The position numbers and the translations under genes were made by a program. From NCBI GenBank assembly GCA_004431415.1, contig QPMI01000200.1:1-64000 (forward strand): a stretch of DNA of 64,000 nt, given 5' to 3'. The stretch comes from Cyanophora paradoxa CCMP329. Lineage: Eukaryota; Plantae; Glaucophyta. Shown here in pieces: positions 1 through 14,219 of this stretch (the first letter of the stretch is position 1; each line of letters begins with the position of its first letter). The notes below the pieces were generated by a model that was not told where the DNA came from, made no database searches, and was given only the letters and a program-made list of their open reading frames with translations.

Positions 1-1756
1 AACCCTAACCCTAACCCTAACCTAACCCTAACCCTAACCCTAACCCTAACCCTAACCCTAACCCTAACCTAACCCTAACCCTAACCCTAACCCTAACCTA
101 ACCCTAACCCTAACCCTAACCCTAACCCTAACCCTAACCCTAACCCTAACCCTAACCCTAACCCTAACCCTAACCCTAACCTAACCCTAACCCTAACCCT
201 AACCCTAACCCTAACCCTAACCCTAACCCTAACCCTAACCCTAACCCTAACCCTAACCCTAACCCTAACCCTAACCCTAACCCTAACCCTAACCCTAACC
301 CTAACCCTAACCCTAACCCTAACCCTAACCCTAACCCTAACCCTAACCCTAACCCTAACCCTAACCCTAACCCTAACCCTAACCCTAACCCTAACCCTAA
401 CCCTAACCCTAACCCTAACCCTAACCCTAACCCTAACCCTAACCCTAACCCTAACCCTAACCCTAACCCTAACCCTAACCCTAACCCTAACCCTAACCCT
501 AACCCTAACCCTAACCCTAACCCTAACCCTAACCCTAACCCTAACCCTAACCCTAACCCTAACCCTAACCCTAACCCTAACCCTAACCCTAACCCTAACC
601 CTAACCCTAACCCTAACCCTAACCCTAACCCTAACCCTAACCCTAACCCTAACCCTAACCCTAACCCTAACCCTAACCCTAACCCTAACCCTAACCCTAA
701 CCCTAACCCTAACCCTAACCCTAACCCTAACCCTAACCCTAACCCTAACCCTAACCCTAACCCTAACCCTAACCCTAACCCTAACCCTAACCCTAACCCT
801 AACCCTAACCCTAACCCTAACCCTAACCCTAACCCTAACCCTAACCCTAACCCTAACCCTAACCCTAACCCTAACCCTAACCCTAACCCTAACCCTAACC
901 CTAACCCTAACCCTAACCCTAACCCTAACCCTAACCCTAACCCTAACCCTAACCCTAACCCTAACCCTAACCCTAACCCTAACCCTAACCCTAACCCTAA
1001 CCCTAACCCTAACCCTAACCCTAACCCTAACCCTAACCCTAACCCTAACCCTAACCCTAACCCTAACCCTAACCCTAACCCTAACCCTAACCCTAACCCT
1101 AACCCTAACCCTAACCCTAACCCTAACCCTAACCCTAACCCTAACCCTAACCCTAACCCTAACCCTAACCCTAACCCTAACCCTAACCCTAACCCTAACC
1201 CTAACCCTAACCCTAACCCTAACCCTAACCCTAACCCTAACCCTAACCCTAACCCTAACCCTAACCCTAACCCTAACCCTAACCCTAACCCTAACCCTAA
1301 CCCTAACCCTAACCCTAACCCTAACCCTAACCCTAACCCTAACCCTAACCCTAACCCTAACCCTAACCCTAACCCTAACCCTAACCCTAACCCTAACCCT
1401 AACCCTAACCCTAACCCTAACCCTAACCCTAACCCTAACCCTAACCCTAACCCTAACCCTAACCCTAACCCTAACCCTAACCCTAACCCTAACCCTAACC
1501 CTAACCCTAACCCTAACCCTAACCCTAACCCTAACCCTAACCCTAACCCTAACCCTAACCCTAACCCTAACCCTAACCCTAACCCTAACCCTAACCCTAA
1601 CCCTAACCCTAACCCTAACCCTAACCTAACCCTAACCCTAACCCTAACCCTAACCCTAACCCTAACCCTAACCCTAACCCTAACCCTAACCCTAACCCTA
1701 ACCCTAACCCTAACCCTAACCCTAACCCTAACCCTAACCCTAACCTAACCCTAACC

Positions 1757-1797
<41 letters not shown>

Positions 1798-3852
1798 CCC
1801 TAACCCTAACCCTAACCCTAACCCTAACCCTAACCCTAACCCTAACCCTAACCCTAACCCTAACCCTAACCTAACCCTAACCCTAACCCTAACCCTAACC
1901 CTAACCCTAACCCTAACCCTATACTAACCCTAACCCTAACCCTAACCCTAACCCTAACCCTAACCCTAACCCTAACCCTAACCCTAACCCTAACCCTAAC
2001 CCTAACCCTAACCCTAACCCTAACCCTAACCCTAACCCTAACCCTAACCCTAACCCTAACCCTAACCCTAACCTAACCCTAACCCTAACCCTAACCCTAA
2101 CCCTAACCTAACCCTAACCCTAACCCTAACCCTAACCCTAACCCTAACCCTAACCCTAACCCTAACCCTAACCCTAACCCTAACCCTAACCCTAACCCTA
2201 ACCCTAACCCTAACCTAACCCTAACCCTAACCCTAACCCTAACCCTAACCCTAACCCTAACCCTAACCCTAACCCTAACCCTAACCCTAACCCTAACCCT
2301 AACCCTAACCCTAACCCTAACCCTAACCCTAACCCTAACCCTAACCCTAACCTAACCCTAACCCTAACCCTAACCCTAACCCTAACCCTAACCCTAACCC
2401 TAACCCTAACCCTAACCTAACCCTAACCCTAACCCTAACCCTAACCCTAACCCTAACCCTAACCCTAACCCTAACCCTAACCCTAACCCTAACCCTAACC
2501 CTAACCCTAACCCTAACCCTAACCCTAACCCTAACCCTAACCCTAACCCTAACCCTAACCCTAACCCTAACCCTAACCCTAACCCTAACCCTAACCTAAC
2601 CCTAACCCTAACCCTAACCCTACCCTAACCCTAACCCTAACCCTAACCCTAACCCTAACCCTAACCCTAACCCTAACCTAACCCTAACCCTAACCCTAAC
2701 CCTAACCCTAACCCTAACCTAACCCTAACCCTAACCCTAACCCTAACCCTAACCCTAACCCTAACCCTAACCCTAACCCTAACCCTAACCCTAACCCTAA
2801 CCCTAACCCTAACCCTAACCCTAACCCTAACCCTAACCCTAACCCTAACCCTAACCTAACCCTAACCTAACCCTAACCCTAACCCTAACCCTAACCCTAA
2901 CCCTAACCCTAACCCTAACCCTAACCCTAACCCTAACCCTAACCCTAACCCTAACCCTAACCCTAACCCTAACCCTAACCCTAACCCTAACCCTAACCCT
3001 AACCCTAACCCTAACCCTAACCCTAACCCTAACCCTAACCCTACTAACCCTAACCACCTAACCCTAACCCTAACCCTAACCCTAACTACCTAACCCTAAC
3101 CCTAACCCTAACCCTAACCCTAACCCTAACCCTAACCCTAACCCTAACCCTAACCCTAACCCTAACCCTAACCCTAACCTAACCCTAACCCTAACCCTAA
3201 CCCTAACCCTAACCCTAACCCTAACCCTAACCCTAACCCTAACCCTAACCCTAACCCTAACCCTAACCCTAACCCTAACCCTAACCCTAACCCTAACCCT
3301 AACCCTAACCCTAACCCTAACCCTAACCCTAACCTAACCCTAACCCTAACCCTAACCCTAACCCTAACCCTAACCTAACCCTAACCCTAACCCTAACCCT
3401 AACCCTAACCCTAACCCTAACCTAACCCTAACCCTAACCCTAACCCTAACCCTAACCCTAACCCTAACCCTAACCCTAACCCTAACCCTAACCCTAACCC
3501 TAACCCTAACCCTAACCCTAACCCTAACCCTAACCCTAACCCTAACCCTAACCCTAACCTAACCCTAACCCTAACCCTAACCCTAACCCTAACCCTAACC
3601 CTAACCCTAACCCTAACCCTAACCCTAACCCTAACCCTAACCCTAACCCTAACCCTAACCCTAACCTAACCCTAACCCTAACCCTAACCCTAACCCTAAC
3701 CCTAACCCTAACCCTAACCCTAACCCTAACCCTAACCCTAACCCTAACCACCCTAACCCTAACCCTAACCCTAACCCTAACCCTAACCCTAACCCTAACC
3801 CTAACCTAACCCTAACCCTAACCCTAACCCTAACCCTAACCCTAACCTAACC

Positions 3853-3893
<41 letters not shown>

Positions 3894-5690
3894 CCCTAAC
3901 CCTAACCCTAACCCTAACCCTAACCCTAACCCTAACCCTAACCCTAACCCTAACCCTAACCCTAACCCTAACCCTAACCCTAACCCTAACCCTAACCCTA
4001 ACCCTAACCCTAACCCTAACCCTAACCCTAACCCTAACCCTAACCCTAACCCTAACCCTAACCCTAACCCTAACCCTAACCCTAACCCTAACCCTAACCC
4101 TAACCCTAACCCTAACCCTAACCCTAACCCTAACCCTAACCCTAACCCTAACCCTAACCCTAACCCTAACCCTAACCCTAACCCTAACCCTAACCCTAAC
4201 CCTAACCCTAACCCTAACCCTAACCCTAACCTAACCCTAACCTAACCCTAACCCTAACCCTAACCCTAACCCTAACCCTAACCCTAACCCTAACCCTAAC
4301 CCTAACCCTAACCCTAACCCTAACCCTAACCCTAACCTAACCCTAACCCTAACCCTAACCCTAACCCTAACCCTAACCCTAACCTAACCCTAACCTACCC
4401 TAACCCTAACCCTAACCCTAACCCTAACCCTAACCCTAACCCTAACCCTAACCCTAACCCTAACCTAACCTAACCCTAACCCTAACCCTAACCCTAACCC
4501 TAACCCTAACCCTAACCCTAACCCTAACCCTAACCCTAACCTAACCCTAACCCTAACCCTAACCTAACCCTAACCCTAACCCTAACCCTAACCCTAACCC
4601 TAACCCTAACCCTAACCCTAACCAACCCTAACCCTAACCCTAACCCTAACCCTAACCCTAACCCTAACCCTAACCCTAACCCTAACCCTAACCCTAACCC
4701 TAACCTAACCCTAACCCTAACCCTAACCCTAACCCTAACCCTAACCCTAACCCTAACCCTAACCCTAACCCTAACCCTAACCCTAACCCTAACCCTAACC
4801 CTAACCCTAACCCTAACCCTAACCCTAACCCTACCCCTAACCCTAACCCTAACCCTAACCCTAACCCTAACCCTAACCCTAACCCTAACCCTAACCCTAA
4901 CCCTAACCCTAACCTAACCCTAACCCTAACCCTAACCCTAACCCTAACCCTAACCCTAACCCTAACCCTAACCCTACCTAACCCTAACCCTAACCTAACC
5001 CTAACCCTAACCCTAACCCTAACCCTAACCCTAACCTAACCCTAACCCTAACCCTAACCCTAACCTAACCCTAACCCTAACCCTAACCCTAACCCTAACC
5101 CTAACCCTAACCTAACCCTAACCTAACCCTAACCCTAACCCTAACCCTTACCCTAACCCTAACCCTAACCCTAACCCTAACCCTAACCCTAACCCTAACC
5201 CTAACCCTAACCCTAACCCTAACCCTAACCCTAACCCTAACCCTAACCCTAACCCTAACCCTAACCCTAACCCTAACCCTAACCCTAACCCTAACCCTAA
5301 CCCTAACCTAACCCTAACCCTAACCCTAACCCTAACCCTAACCCTAACCCTAACCCTAACCCTAACCCTAACCTAACCCTAACCCTAACCCTAACCCTAA
5401 CCCTAACCCTAACCCTAACCCTAACCCTAACCCTAACCTACCTAACCCTAACCCTAACCCTAACCCTAACCCTAACCCTAACCCTAACCCTAACCCTAAC
5501 CCTAACCCTAACCCTAACCCTAACCCTAACCCTAACCCTAACCCTAACCCTAACCCTAACCCTAACCCTAACCCTAACCCTAACCCTAACCCTAACCCTA
5601 ACCCTAACCCTAACCCTAACCCTAACCCTAACCCTAACCCTAACCCTAACCCTAACCCTAACCCTAACCCTAACCCTAACCCTAACCCTT
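1..5690. repeat. Telomeric array (CCCTAA)n = TTAGGG-type telomere, chromosome left end
   Basis: Continuous CCCTAA repeats from base 1 to about 5689. Variants (CCTAA, CCCTA, CCCTTA) become more frequent inward. Abrupt switch to unique DNA at about 5690. Confidence 0.99.
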
Positions 5691-5711
5691 ACTGTTTGAA
5701 CCAATTTGATC

Positions 5712-5979
5712 TTAGCCCTCAGGCAAGCCCTTGTGCAAGGCCCACACAGGAAATGCTACATGAATGCTGTTTGAGGAATTTCCAACAGGCGAGCCCTCAG
5801 GCAAGCCCTTAGGCAAGGCCCGCACGCCTGCCTGATAGAGCAAAATTCATAGACATCGATTTCGGTTTCGGCCCCTTAGGGTTGCGATTTCGATCTCGAC
5901 GTCGATTTGCCTATCCGACTGAGCCCTTGGAATCGATCGGCGAGAACAGCTATTCGTCGTTGGTCGCGTCTGAAATGCA
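5712..5979 (+). repeat. Dispersed repeat family B, telomere-adjacent copy
   Basis: Shares gcctgcctgatagagc...cgacgtcgatttgcctatccga.gagccc.tgga...gaacagcta...tctgaaatgca with copies at 24.7, 47.7 and 59.7 kb. Preceded by a short direct duplication gccctcaggcaagccctt..gcaaggccc. Confidence 0.8.
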
Positions 5980-6574
5980 TATTATCACAGCCTGTGCGCA
6001 GGACGAGCTAGCGGCCGGTGGCAGGTCTAGCGCGCGCCCGGCGGCGCCTGCGCGGCGGCGGGGTTGCCTAGGTCTGATGAAGCATCTTGCTATTCACCAG
6101 CTGCAGCCTGCAAGACAAGATTCTTCACCCCTGCAGGAAAAAGCGCGGGTCAAAGCCGGCGGCGGAGCACGTCGGCTGCCCCTGCACGCGGGTGCGCGGC
6201 GGTGTTGCACCATGAACGCACCTGGCGCTGCTTGTGCTTGACGTTTTTCGAGCAATATACATAATTCCGCCCTCTCCGATGGACGACGAAGCAGAACTGT
6301 TCGAGGAGGGCGCTCAGCAGCGAAGCGGCAGCGCACTGCTATTGCGCGAATTGGGCTAGCTTCTGTCGAACCTCGCACAGCTTCTTGATCGCTGACCTCA
6401 CTGTCGACACGTTGAGAGTTGGCAGCGAGTGGAGAGGCGAGGCATGGCGCAGAGAGAGGCGACGCAGTGCGGCGAACCTTGCATGGTGCGATCTATTAGC
6501 GGAACGAGCGCTGGGATACCTCCCTGGAGTCGTACCCGTGCGTTGGGCCAGTTCGCACCACGAAGATTTTAGGA

Positions 6575-8427
6575 ATGCCGAGCGCCTTCGTCTCCGGCCT
6601 GCCCGGCCGCTCAGCAGCAGCTGTCAGTCTGCAGGCTCCCGGCATCGCTCACGTGGCGCTTGCGGTGCGGCCATCGCGAGATCGACCTGCGATCGTAGAG
6701 CTTGACCGGCAGTTCCTGGGCTCCAGCCTCCGTCGGCCGTCCACGCAGTTCGTTGGCCGCATAAAGCGTCCTGAGCGCCTGGTAGATGTCGCGCCAGCTC
6801 CGCCACCTGCTTCGCCCCATGCCTCAGCGGCCGTTCTCGTGGAAGAGGTCGCTGCACCCGTCGCGCCACCTCGGGCGCCGCGCGTGGCGCGAAAGGGTCT
6901 CTCTGAGGTGCCTAGGCATTCATTCATGCGAAGACGCGGCCCTGACAGCTCGCAGGATTCCGGTCGGCGCTACTTGCAAGAGATCGGCGAGATCTCGTTG
7001 TTGAAGGCAGAAGACGAGATTGAGCTGGCGAAGCGCATAGAAACGTTTAGAAAGCTGGAGAAGGTTAAAGAGCACATGAAGTGGAAGACGGGCGTCGAGC
7101 CGACAGACGAGGAATGGGCGCGGGTGCGATCTTTTCGCCCGCGAGAAGCGAAACGCACGCAAGGCTAACGAGTACGTCTTTCTGTGCGGCCTCGCAGGCT
7201 GCAGCGCTGAGCGATGCGGAGGAGCTCCGGCACATGGTGCGCGTGGGAACGCTTGCGCGCGACCGGCTCGTGCGCGCGAATCTGCGCTGGGTGGTTGCTG
7301 TAGCGAAGAAGTACCACAAGCGTGCGATCCTTTGCATCTTGCCATCCGTCGCGCATGATGTTGATCTTTGCGCAGAGCGCGGCACGATGAGCATGCAGGA
7401 TCTGATCCAGGAGGTAGCTGATTTGCTGCGCGCTCGTGGTGCGCACGCATGCCAGCCAACGGACCGCGCAGGGCAACATTGGTCTCATCCGAGCCGTGGA
7501 GAAGTTCGATCCGCGTATGGGCTACCGATTCACAACATGTGCGTGCCGAGTCGACCTTTTTGGCTTTTATGGAAGCATCATCACACTTTCGCAGATGCGA
7601 CTTGGTGGATTCGACAGGCAATCACGCGGAGCATTCAGAATTCCTCTCGAGAGATTCGACTTCCGGCACACAGGCATGAGAAGATCAACCGCATCAAACG
7701 TGCAACTGTCGCGCTCTCCAGGGTTCGATATTCTGAAGGGAGTGATATGGTGCTTGTTCTCACAGTGCTGCAGTCGTTGGGACGCCAGCCGACGGAGGCC
7801 GAGATTGCTGAGCACGTTGGCTTGGATCCGTCGCGCATGCGCAAGTTCGTTGAAAGTGCTGGTGCGATATTTAGGGTTCATAAATTGATTCGATGAGGTA
7901 AGTGATCACTGTTCGCAGCAGCTGTGGCTACCGTGTCCCTGGATGTGCCTATTAATGAGTCTGATAATCAAAGCGCCACCATCGGAGATTTCATTCGCTC
8001 GGAGAATGAAGGCCCTGCTGACCGAGTACGCCCGCCTTTTTCCTTCGTGCACGCCGTGCCCTATCTGAAGATCATGCAGGCTGAGCGCGAGTTGATGCGG
8101 GAAAGCGTCGCCCGCACTTTAGCCAAGGCCCTGTCTGAGCGGGAGTACATGGTCCTCCGCATGCGCTTTGGTCTCGATGATGGAGAGCCGAAAACTCTCA
8201 ACCAGGTGCCACTTTTGCCCCGTGTGGCCTCTATTTTCTGTTTGAATTTTCCGTAGGTCGGAGAGACACTTGGAGTGACCCGCGAGCGTGTGCGTCAGAT
8301 CGAGATGAAGGTTTGGAAGTTCGTGATCTCTCTGTGCAGTACTGCGGCTGATGTCAAAGTCCAGGCACTGCGAAAGCTTCGTCGGCCAGGATTCAGCTCA
8401 GCTCTCCGGGACCTGAGTTCCGATTAG
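6575..8427 (+). CDS. Nuclear-encoded, plastid-targeted sigma-70 family (RpoD-like) RNA polymerase sigma factor, multi-exon
   Basis: Transit peptide MPSAFVSG. Region 1.2 RYLQEIGEISLLKAEDEIELAKRI. Region 2 LVRANLRWVVAVAKKY, DLIQEGNIGLIRAVEKFDP, ATWWIRQAITRSI. Region 4 [33 protein letters not shown]. Stop TAG at 8425-8427. Confidence 0.93.
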
Positions 8428-8701
8428 ATTTGTTTCATTAGCGTAATTTTGGGACCAGTACGTTTTGAGGGTTTGAACTTCGTGAAAAGTAGATGGCCAC
8501 TGGTCTCATGTTGGACTGCGAGAGTTCGAGAAAAATAGATGTATAGCTAGATATAACAAGATATCCTTAAGGGCGGAAGAGGGGCTCAAAGGAGCCGGCC
8601 GCGGGGCGGATCGGAGACGACTTAAGCTTCAACCGAACTTTTTTTCTCGACTCGAACCAGCCTGCAGCGGGTGCAGGGGCCGGCCGCCGGCGTCGACGTC
8701 G

Positions 8702-11700
8702 ATGTCACATGAGCGCGAGGGCGCTCCTCGAAGCGCACTGGAGAAGCAGGTAAAAGCGCGCTCGAGGCGCACCCCCGGCCCACACTGATGTCGCGGTGCA
8801 GCGCGAGGGCCTTCCCATCGCCGAATTCAAGCAGGAGATCATCGATGCAGTTCGTGCGCACAAAGTCTGCGTGGTAGTCGGCGAGACGGGTTCAGGCAAG
8901 ACGACCCAGGTCCGACACCGCCCAAGCGTGGCGCTCGTTGCGGTCGAGCCCGAGCGCAGGTCCCCCAGTACCTATACGGCAAGATCCCAGTGTACAAATG
9001 AAATGCCAGCGCTCACACAGAGCGCAGAAGCGGGTTTTGGAAAGGAGGGGAAGATTGGGGTCACCCAGCCCCGCAGGGTGGCCGGTGCACAGCCGCATTG
9101 CAGAAGTATCCGTTTGATTTTGCGCCGAGTGCCTCGCGCAGCGATCTCCGTTGCGCGGCGCGTTGCCGAGGAGATGGGGGTTGACTGTGGAAGCGAGGTG
9201 GGTTATACGATTCGTTTCGACGACCACACTTCCGAGAAAACGGCGATCAAGTATATGACGGACGGCGTGCTCCTGCGGGAGTGTCTCGCGAGTAAGGATC
9301 TCCAAGACTACAGCGTGATAATCCTGGACGAGGTTTTCCTGTTGTTTCGTTATGTCCCTGCTGTTCTTTACGCGCTGTAGGCGCACGAGAGATCAATCTA
9401 CACCGATGTGCTGTTCGGACTTTTGAAGGTCAGCCGGCCGCTTAGCAGCCCTGCACACATGCTCGGTTGCGCTTTGAGAATCCACAGAACTGTGCACGGC
9501 GGCGAGACGACATAAGGTCCGTGGACTCGTAATCTCTGCAGAAAGCTTTATTATCACGTAATTGGACTTCGACAGAGTGGTCATTATGTCAGCAACGCTT
9601 GACGCGGAGAAATTTTCTCGATTTTTCTTCGACTGCCCAGTGCTCAAGGTCGGTATAATTGGCTGATCGTGCATTCTTGGCTTTCATTTAACGTACCCTG
9701 GTGCAGGTCCCTGGACGCGTTTTCGATGTGGCTATCTTTCACACTCGCACAACGGAGAAACCTGCGATTCTTGCACAATACTCTGAGGTTAGCCTACGGA
9801 TACCTTCACAAGCACTAGCTCAATAGAGAACAGGTTCGACCAACTGGAATCCACAATCTGGAGACAGCAGTGAAAACAGTGCTGCGTATTCACTGTACAG
9901 AGCCGCCTGGGCACATTCTGCTTTTCCTCACAGGCCAAGTGCGATTTTCTCAGAAATATGATCTTGTTCGCTCACTGATATGCTTCTAGGACGACATTGA
10001 AAAGGCTGTGCGACGGTTGGATGACCGCGTGCGGAAGCTTGAAGCAGAACGCAAGTACCAGGACTCTAAATTCTACGGGTCCACCAAGTTTTTCCCCTCC
10101 CCTCTCTCTCCTGCTCATGTAAATTTTAGAGATGAAGAGGAAGGAGAGGGTCCTGAGGCGCTACCTCCCCCTGAGATGGACCTGTGGATTCTGCCTGTGT
10201 ACGGAAACATGCCTTCCGAACTGCAGACCCGAATTTTCGACGAGGCACCTCCCCATGTGAGGAAGTGCATCATTGCCACTAATATTGCCGAAACATCGCT
10301 CACCGTAGATGGCGTCGCGTGAGCAACTTATTGTTTGTAACGTGTTTTATATTGTTGATCTCTGCCTCTCACAGATATGTAGTGGATCCAGGATATGTAA
10401 AGCAGAAAATGTACAATCCCCTGTCCGGCATGGACTCCCTTGAAATTGTCCAAATCTCGCAGGTTGGCCTCACTTCTGCTTGAATGCAATGATTGCTCCT
10501 TTCCGAAATCGGCTCGCAGGTGGCAGCAAGTCAGCGTGCTGGTCGCGCAGGGCGCACTCGTGAAGGAAAATGCTATCGGCTTTACAGGTCTGTACTGTAA
10601 CATACATTCATTTCTCTCGGAAAGGTTACCTTGCAGAACAGCAAGTATGTGCACGACACAGAAATGGCTCGTGAGTCGGTGCCAGAAATTAAACGGGCAA
10701 ATCTATCAAATGTTGTGCTCACTCTGAAGGCAAGCGCTTGATCGCTCCTCTATCCTCTTCTGCTCAAATGCTCTTGCAGTGCTTAGGAGTAGAGGATGTC
10801 TTGGCTTTCGAGTTTTTAGATCCTCCTTCACAAGACTCCCTCGTGGATGCTCTGAAGGTGCATTCGTCTGACAGATGGTTTTTCGGCATGAATTCAACCT
10901 TCGCCCACTGAACTCTGACAGCGTTTGTACTTCCTCGGGGCCCTCGATGAGGAAGGATGTGTTACAGAAATGTGCGCCGGATGCTCATTCTAGGTTTAGA
11001 ATCTTTCCCTCAATGTATCTACAGGGGCCAACAAATGGCGTCATATCCACTTGACCCATCGCTTGCTCGCGTCCTTATCGCTTCAAAGGTATCAAGATTT
11101 GTCGTGCGAGCTCACGGCTTCCACTCAGCACTGCGTAGAATCTGAAGTGTCTTGAAGAGGCACTGACTGTGGTGGCAATGCTCTCAGTTGAGAATGGTAA
11201 GTCCAGTCGCTCCCTGTCACTTCGTTTGGTCTGATCCATTCTCTTTCCGCGATAGTGTTTTACAGGTGCATTTTTATGTTATCTTTGCAACAATCTATGG
11301 AGGTGCTAATCTTGTTTCCAACTATCACTGACTTCACCCCTTGCAGACCGTCATCTGGAGGTGGCGTAGGTATGACCTCCGTAGCATGGCTTTTGTTTTT
11401 TTTCTTAACAGTTCGAATGTTCTTGTAGGCAAAGCTGGTCGTCGTGATGATCCGCGATTGAAGGAGGCAGCTGCATGCCACCGCAGCTTTGCAGTGGAAG
11501 GGTCAGATCATCTGACACTGAAGAACGTTTACGACAAGGTCCGCATGCTCTTCTCTCGTCGATGTGTTTGGATCTTACTTTCACGAAATGCAGTGGCTTG
11601 CCAATGGTCGCTCAGATTCCTGGACGAGGCAGAATTATCTGCAGACTCGGGCAATGCGCACAGCACACAGGTGCTCGCTTCGGTGCTTTCTGTTGCATGA

Positions 11701-12713
11701 TGATGTGTCATGACGACCGCAATAGCATACGCCAGCAGTTGTCTGCCATGGCGGCCAATGACACTGCGAGCAAGCGCAATGCCCGCAGGAATCCGCAACA
11801 AGAAACTGAGGAGTGGGACAAAGACAAAAAGGTAATCTGTATCTCGCTTTGCATACCTTTTAGTTCGCTAAGGGATGCAGCAGTCGACAGATGAAGAAAC
11901 ACGCGATGCATCAGAGAGGAAACGGAAACGGAATGACGATAAACGTGATGTGTCAGAAGAGTTCGGCCCTGTCGAGAATCGGGTTCTCATGGCACTGTGT
12001 GAAGGCTTTTACCCCAATGCTGCAGCGAAAGCGGCATATGAAGGCTACATTCCCGTTATAAAGGTAAAACCCACAAGGAAATATGCCCAGAACTGGTCTT
12101 ACTTGGTTGGTGCTGGTGAATGCAGGGTCCGAAGGGCCAGACAAATGTTCACATCCACCCCTCGTCTGCCCTTGCTGAGCTGTATGAGGAAACGTTGTGG
12201 AATGGCGGAAACCCAGAACCGGACTGGGTCATTTTTCATGAGATCATGTCCGTGTTTCAAGTTATCTCCGTTGACAAGGCACTGAATTGTGCTTGTTTCT
12301 GATCAGGTGGACCTCCAAGCCATTCATGCGCCAGGTCTTCCTGCATCTACCTCGTGTCATACGGTTTCTCACACCGAATCTCAGGTATCAGCTGTGAAGG
12401 ATCAGTGGCTCCGCAAGCTTCTGCCGAAGTTGATGACGGCCGACCCAAAAAGGCTCTCTCGCCACACTGATCTGAAGCTAGATGCTATTCGCCGGTGCAC
12501 TTCATTTGAACCACTGATGATGAGGCATGGTTCTCAGGCATCAGCAGGGAGGAGGCAGAAACTGCGGAGAAGGCTAGACTATCAGGCCAAACTGGCAAAA
12601 TCGAAACTGCTGGTGTGAGTGACAGCAAGCCTTCCCTGTCAGCACCATCACGGGAGGAAATCGCCAAGAGTGCAAGGGAGCGTTACTTACAGCGAAAGAA
12701 AGGACTGGCCTAA
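8702..12713 (+). CDS. DHX40: DEAH-box RNA helicase, DHX40-like, multi-exon
   Basis: Motifs [20 protein letters not shown]|AHER split by an intron, [26 protein letters not shown]-terminus [13 protein letters not shown] is typical of the DHX40 subfamily. Confidence 0.88.
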
Positions 12714-13161
12714 ACGCAACGTCAAGGCTACAAGTGTGGGATGTACACTGTCGCAACGGTGGGCTGCAGCAGCAGCGTTGCCCCGGGCCATGCCAAGCCC
12801 ACCAGCGAGCTGGCTGGCTGGGCCCTGCGTTGCCCCCTGAGGGGAGTAATGCACCTCTCCACAGACACTGGCTACAGGTGCTCATTCTCAACGGGGACAA
12901 GGCCAATGCGAGCATCAGACTTGCCCCGATTTACAAGCGCGTCCCCTAGGTCCTGAGTCTGGCCACTGTTGGTGTCTGTGACAGCGACAGATAACTCTGA
13001 TTGTCAAAGCTTTTGGACAAGAACGAAATCACTATGTGGGGACTCGGGGACAGCTGGCAGCTGCCGCAGTGCACCACTGCGATTGCCCCGATTTAGAAGC
13101 GCGTCCCCTAGGTCCCGAGTCTGGCCACTGTTGGCGTCGAGATAACTGCTCCTATCCATCA

Positions 13162-14035
13162 TGCGTTCAGCGTAGACAGAGCTAGCTAGCTGTGTACTAC
13201 GCCTGTCTGGGCTACGCATAGGAAGGTGCGGCCCTCGCCGTTGCCGGCCCGGCCGTTCCCCCCCGAGGCCCGAAAGGGCTCCACCCCCGCACGGCCTAGG
13301 CCGCGCGCGTGTCGTGCGCAGCATCGCGTCGTCGTTCTTGGGCGGTGGGAGTGGTGGTGGAGGGCGAGGGTGGAACTGGGAAAACACCTTTTCGATGCTG
13401 GACGGAATGTGGCCGCGAAACCAGTCTTGACCTGGTTCAACTTTCTTCCAATTGCACGGCATGGTATGCATACTTTCGTCCAACTTTCGTCCAATTTCGT
13501 CCAGCCCGCGTGGTGATTCAGCGTCTCATGTAGCTGGTTCAGCTTTCACCCTTTTTCACTTTGCAAGCTTAAGTTGATCATGGTACCCGGTGACCAGTTT
13601 GTGAAGATCTGGAGTCAGAGTCGGACTTTTGATTTGATTTGGGCTTATGATCGATATCCCCGTCCGACGGTCTGAGAGGGCCGGGATTCACCTTCAACGT
13701 TAACGACCCTTTTGGGGGCTAAGACGTTGTAATCGTAATCGTAATCGCAGATCAAGGACGCCCTCAGGCCTAGCTAATCGACTTCGGTTTCGGTAGTAGC
13801 CGATATCCGGATCCGCCGCGATCCGGACCGGCTATGCATTGCAGCCCGCGTGGTGATTTAGCGTCTCTTTACGGCCAATCTTAACGAGCATCACGGTATT
13901 CGGCTAGCTTTCCGGATCCGGATCCGGCAAGCTAGCATCAATCAAAAAGACGCCCGACCCCTAATCGTTATCGTAGACGTTATCGCGCAATAAGACGTGC
14001 GACCCCGGGCCGGACAGGGCCGTATCGTAATCGTA
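13162..14035. mobile_element. Non-autonomous repeat family A, copy A1 (internally deleted)
   Basis: Starts tgcgttcagcgtagacagagctagctagct. GC-rich body to about 13353, then (ctttcgtccaa)n at about 13435-13503 and taatcgtaatcgcagatcaaggacgcc modules, as in A3 and A4. Confidence 0.8.
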
Positions 14036-14219
14036 TGCGTCTCGCGAAGTCCCCAACCCACGCGCCAACCAGGGACGATATGAAAGAAGTTCAAAACAGC
14101 GAAGTATTATGTGGTAACAGGTACTCTACAGGAGATCGCCCAGCAAGACGACCTCGTGGTCAAAAATTGATCAAGGAGCAAGCGGCGGCTAGGTCCCGCA
14201 GCTTCAGGAAAACCTCCAT

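Noticed and set aside
1600-5450. Variant telomere units as a coded pattern
   Set aside because: Mostly 1-bp indels in homopolymers, which cannot be told apart from read error or ordinary proximal degeneration.
2851-5704. VR/LG dipeptide ORFs in the telomere
   Set aside because: These are translations of TTAGGG repeats, not genes.
5980-6570. ORFs between the telomere and the sigma factor
   Set aside because: No homology cues or exon structure.
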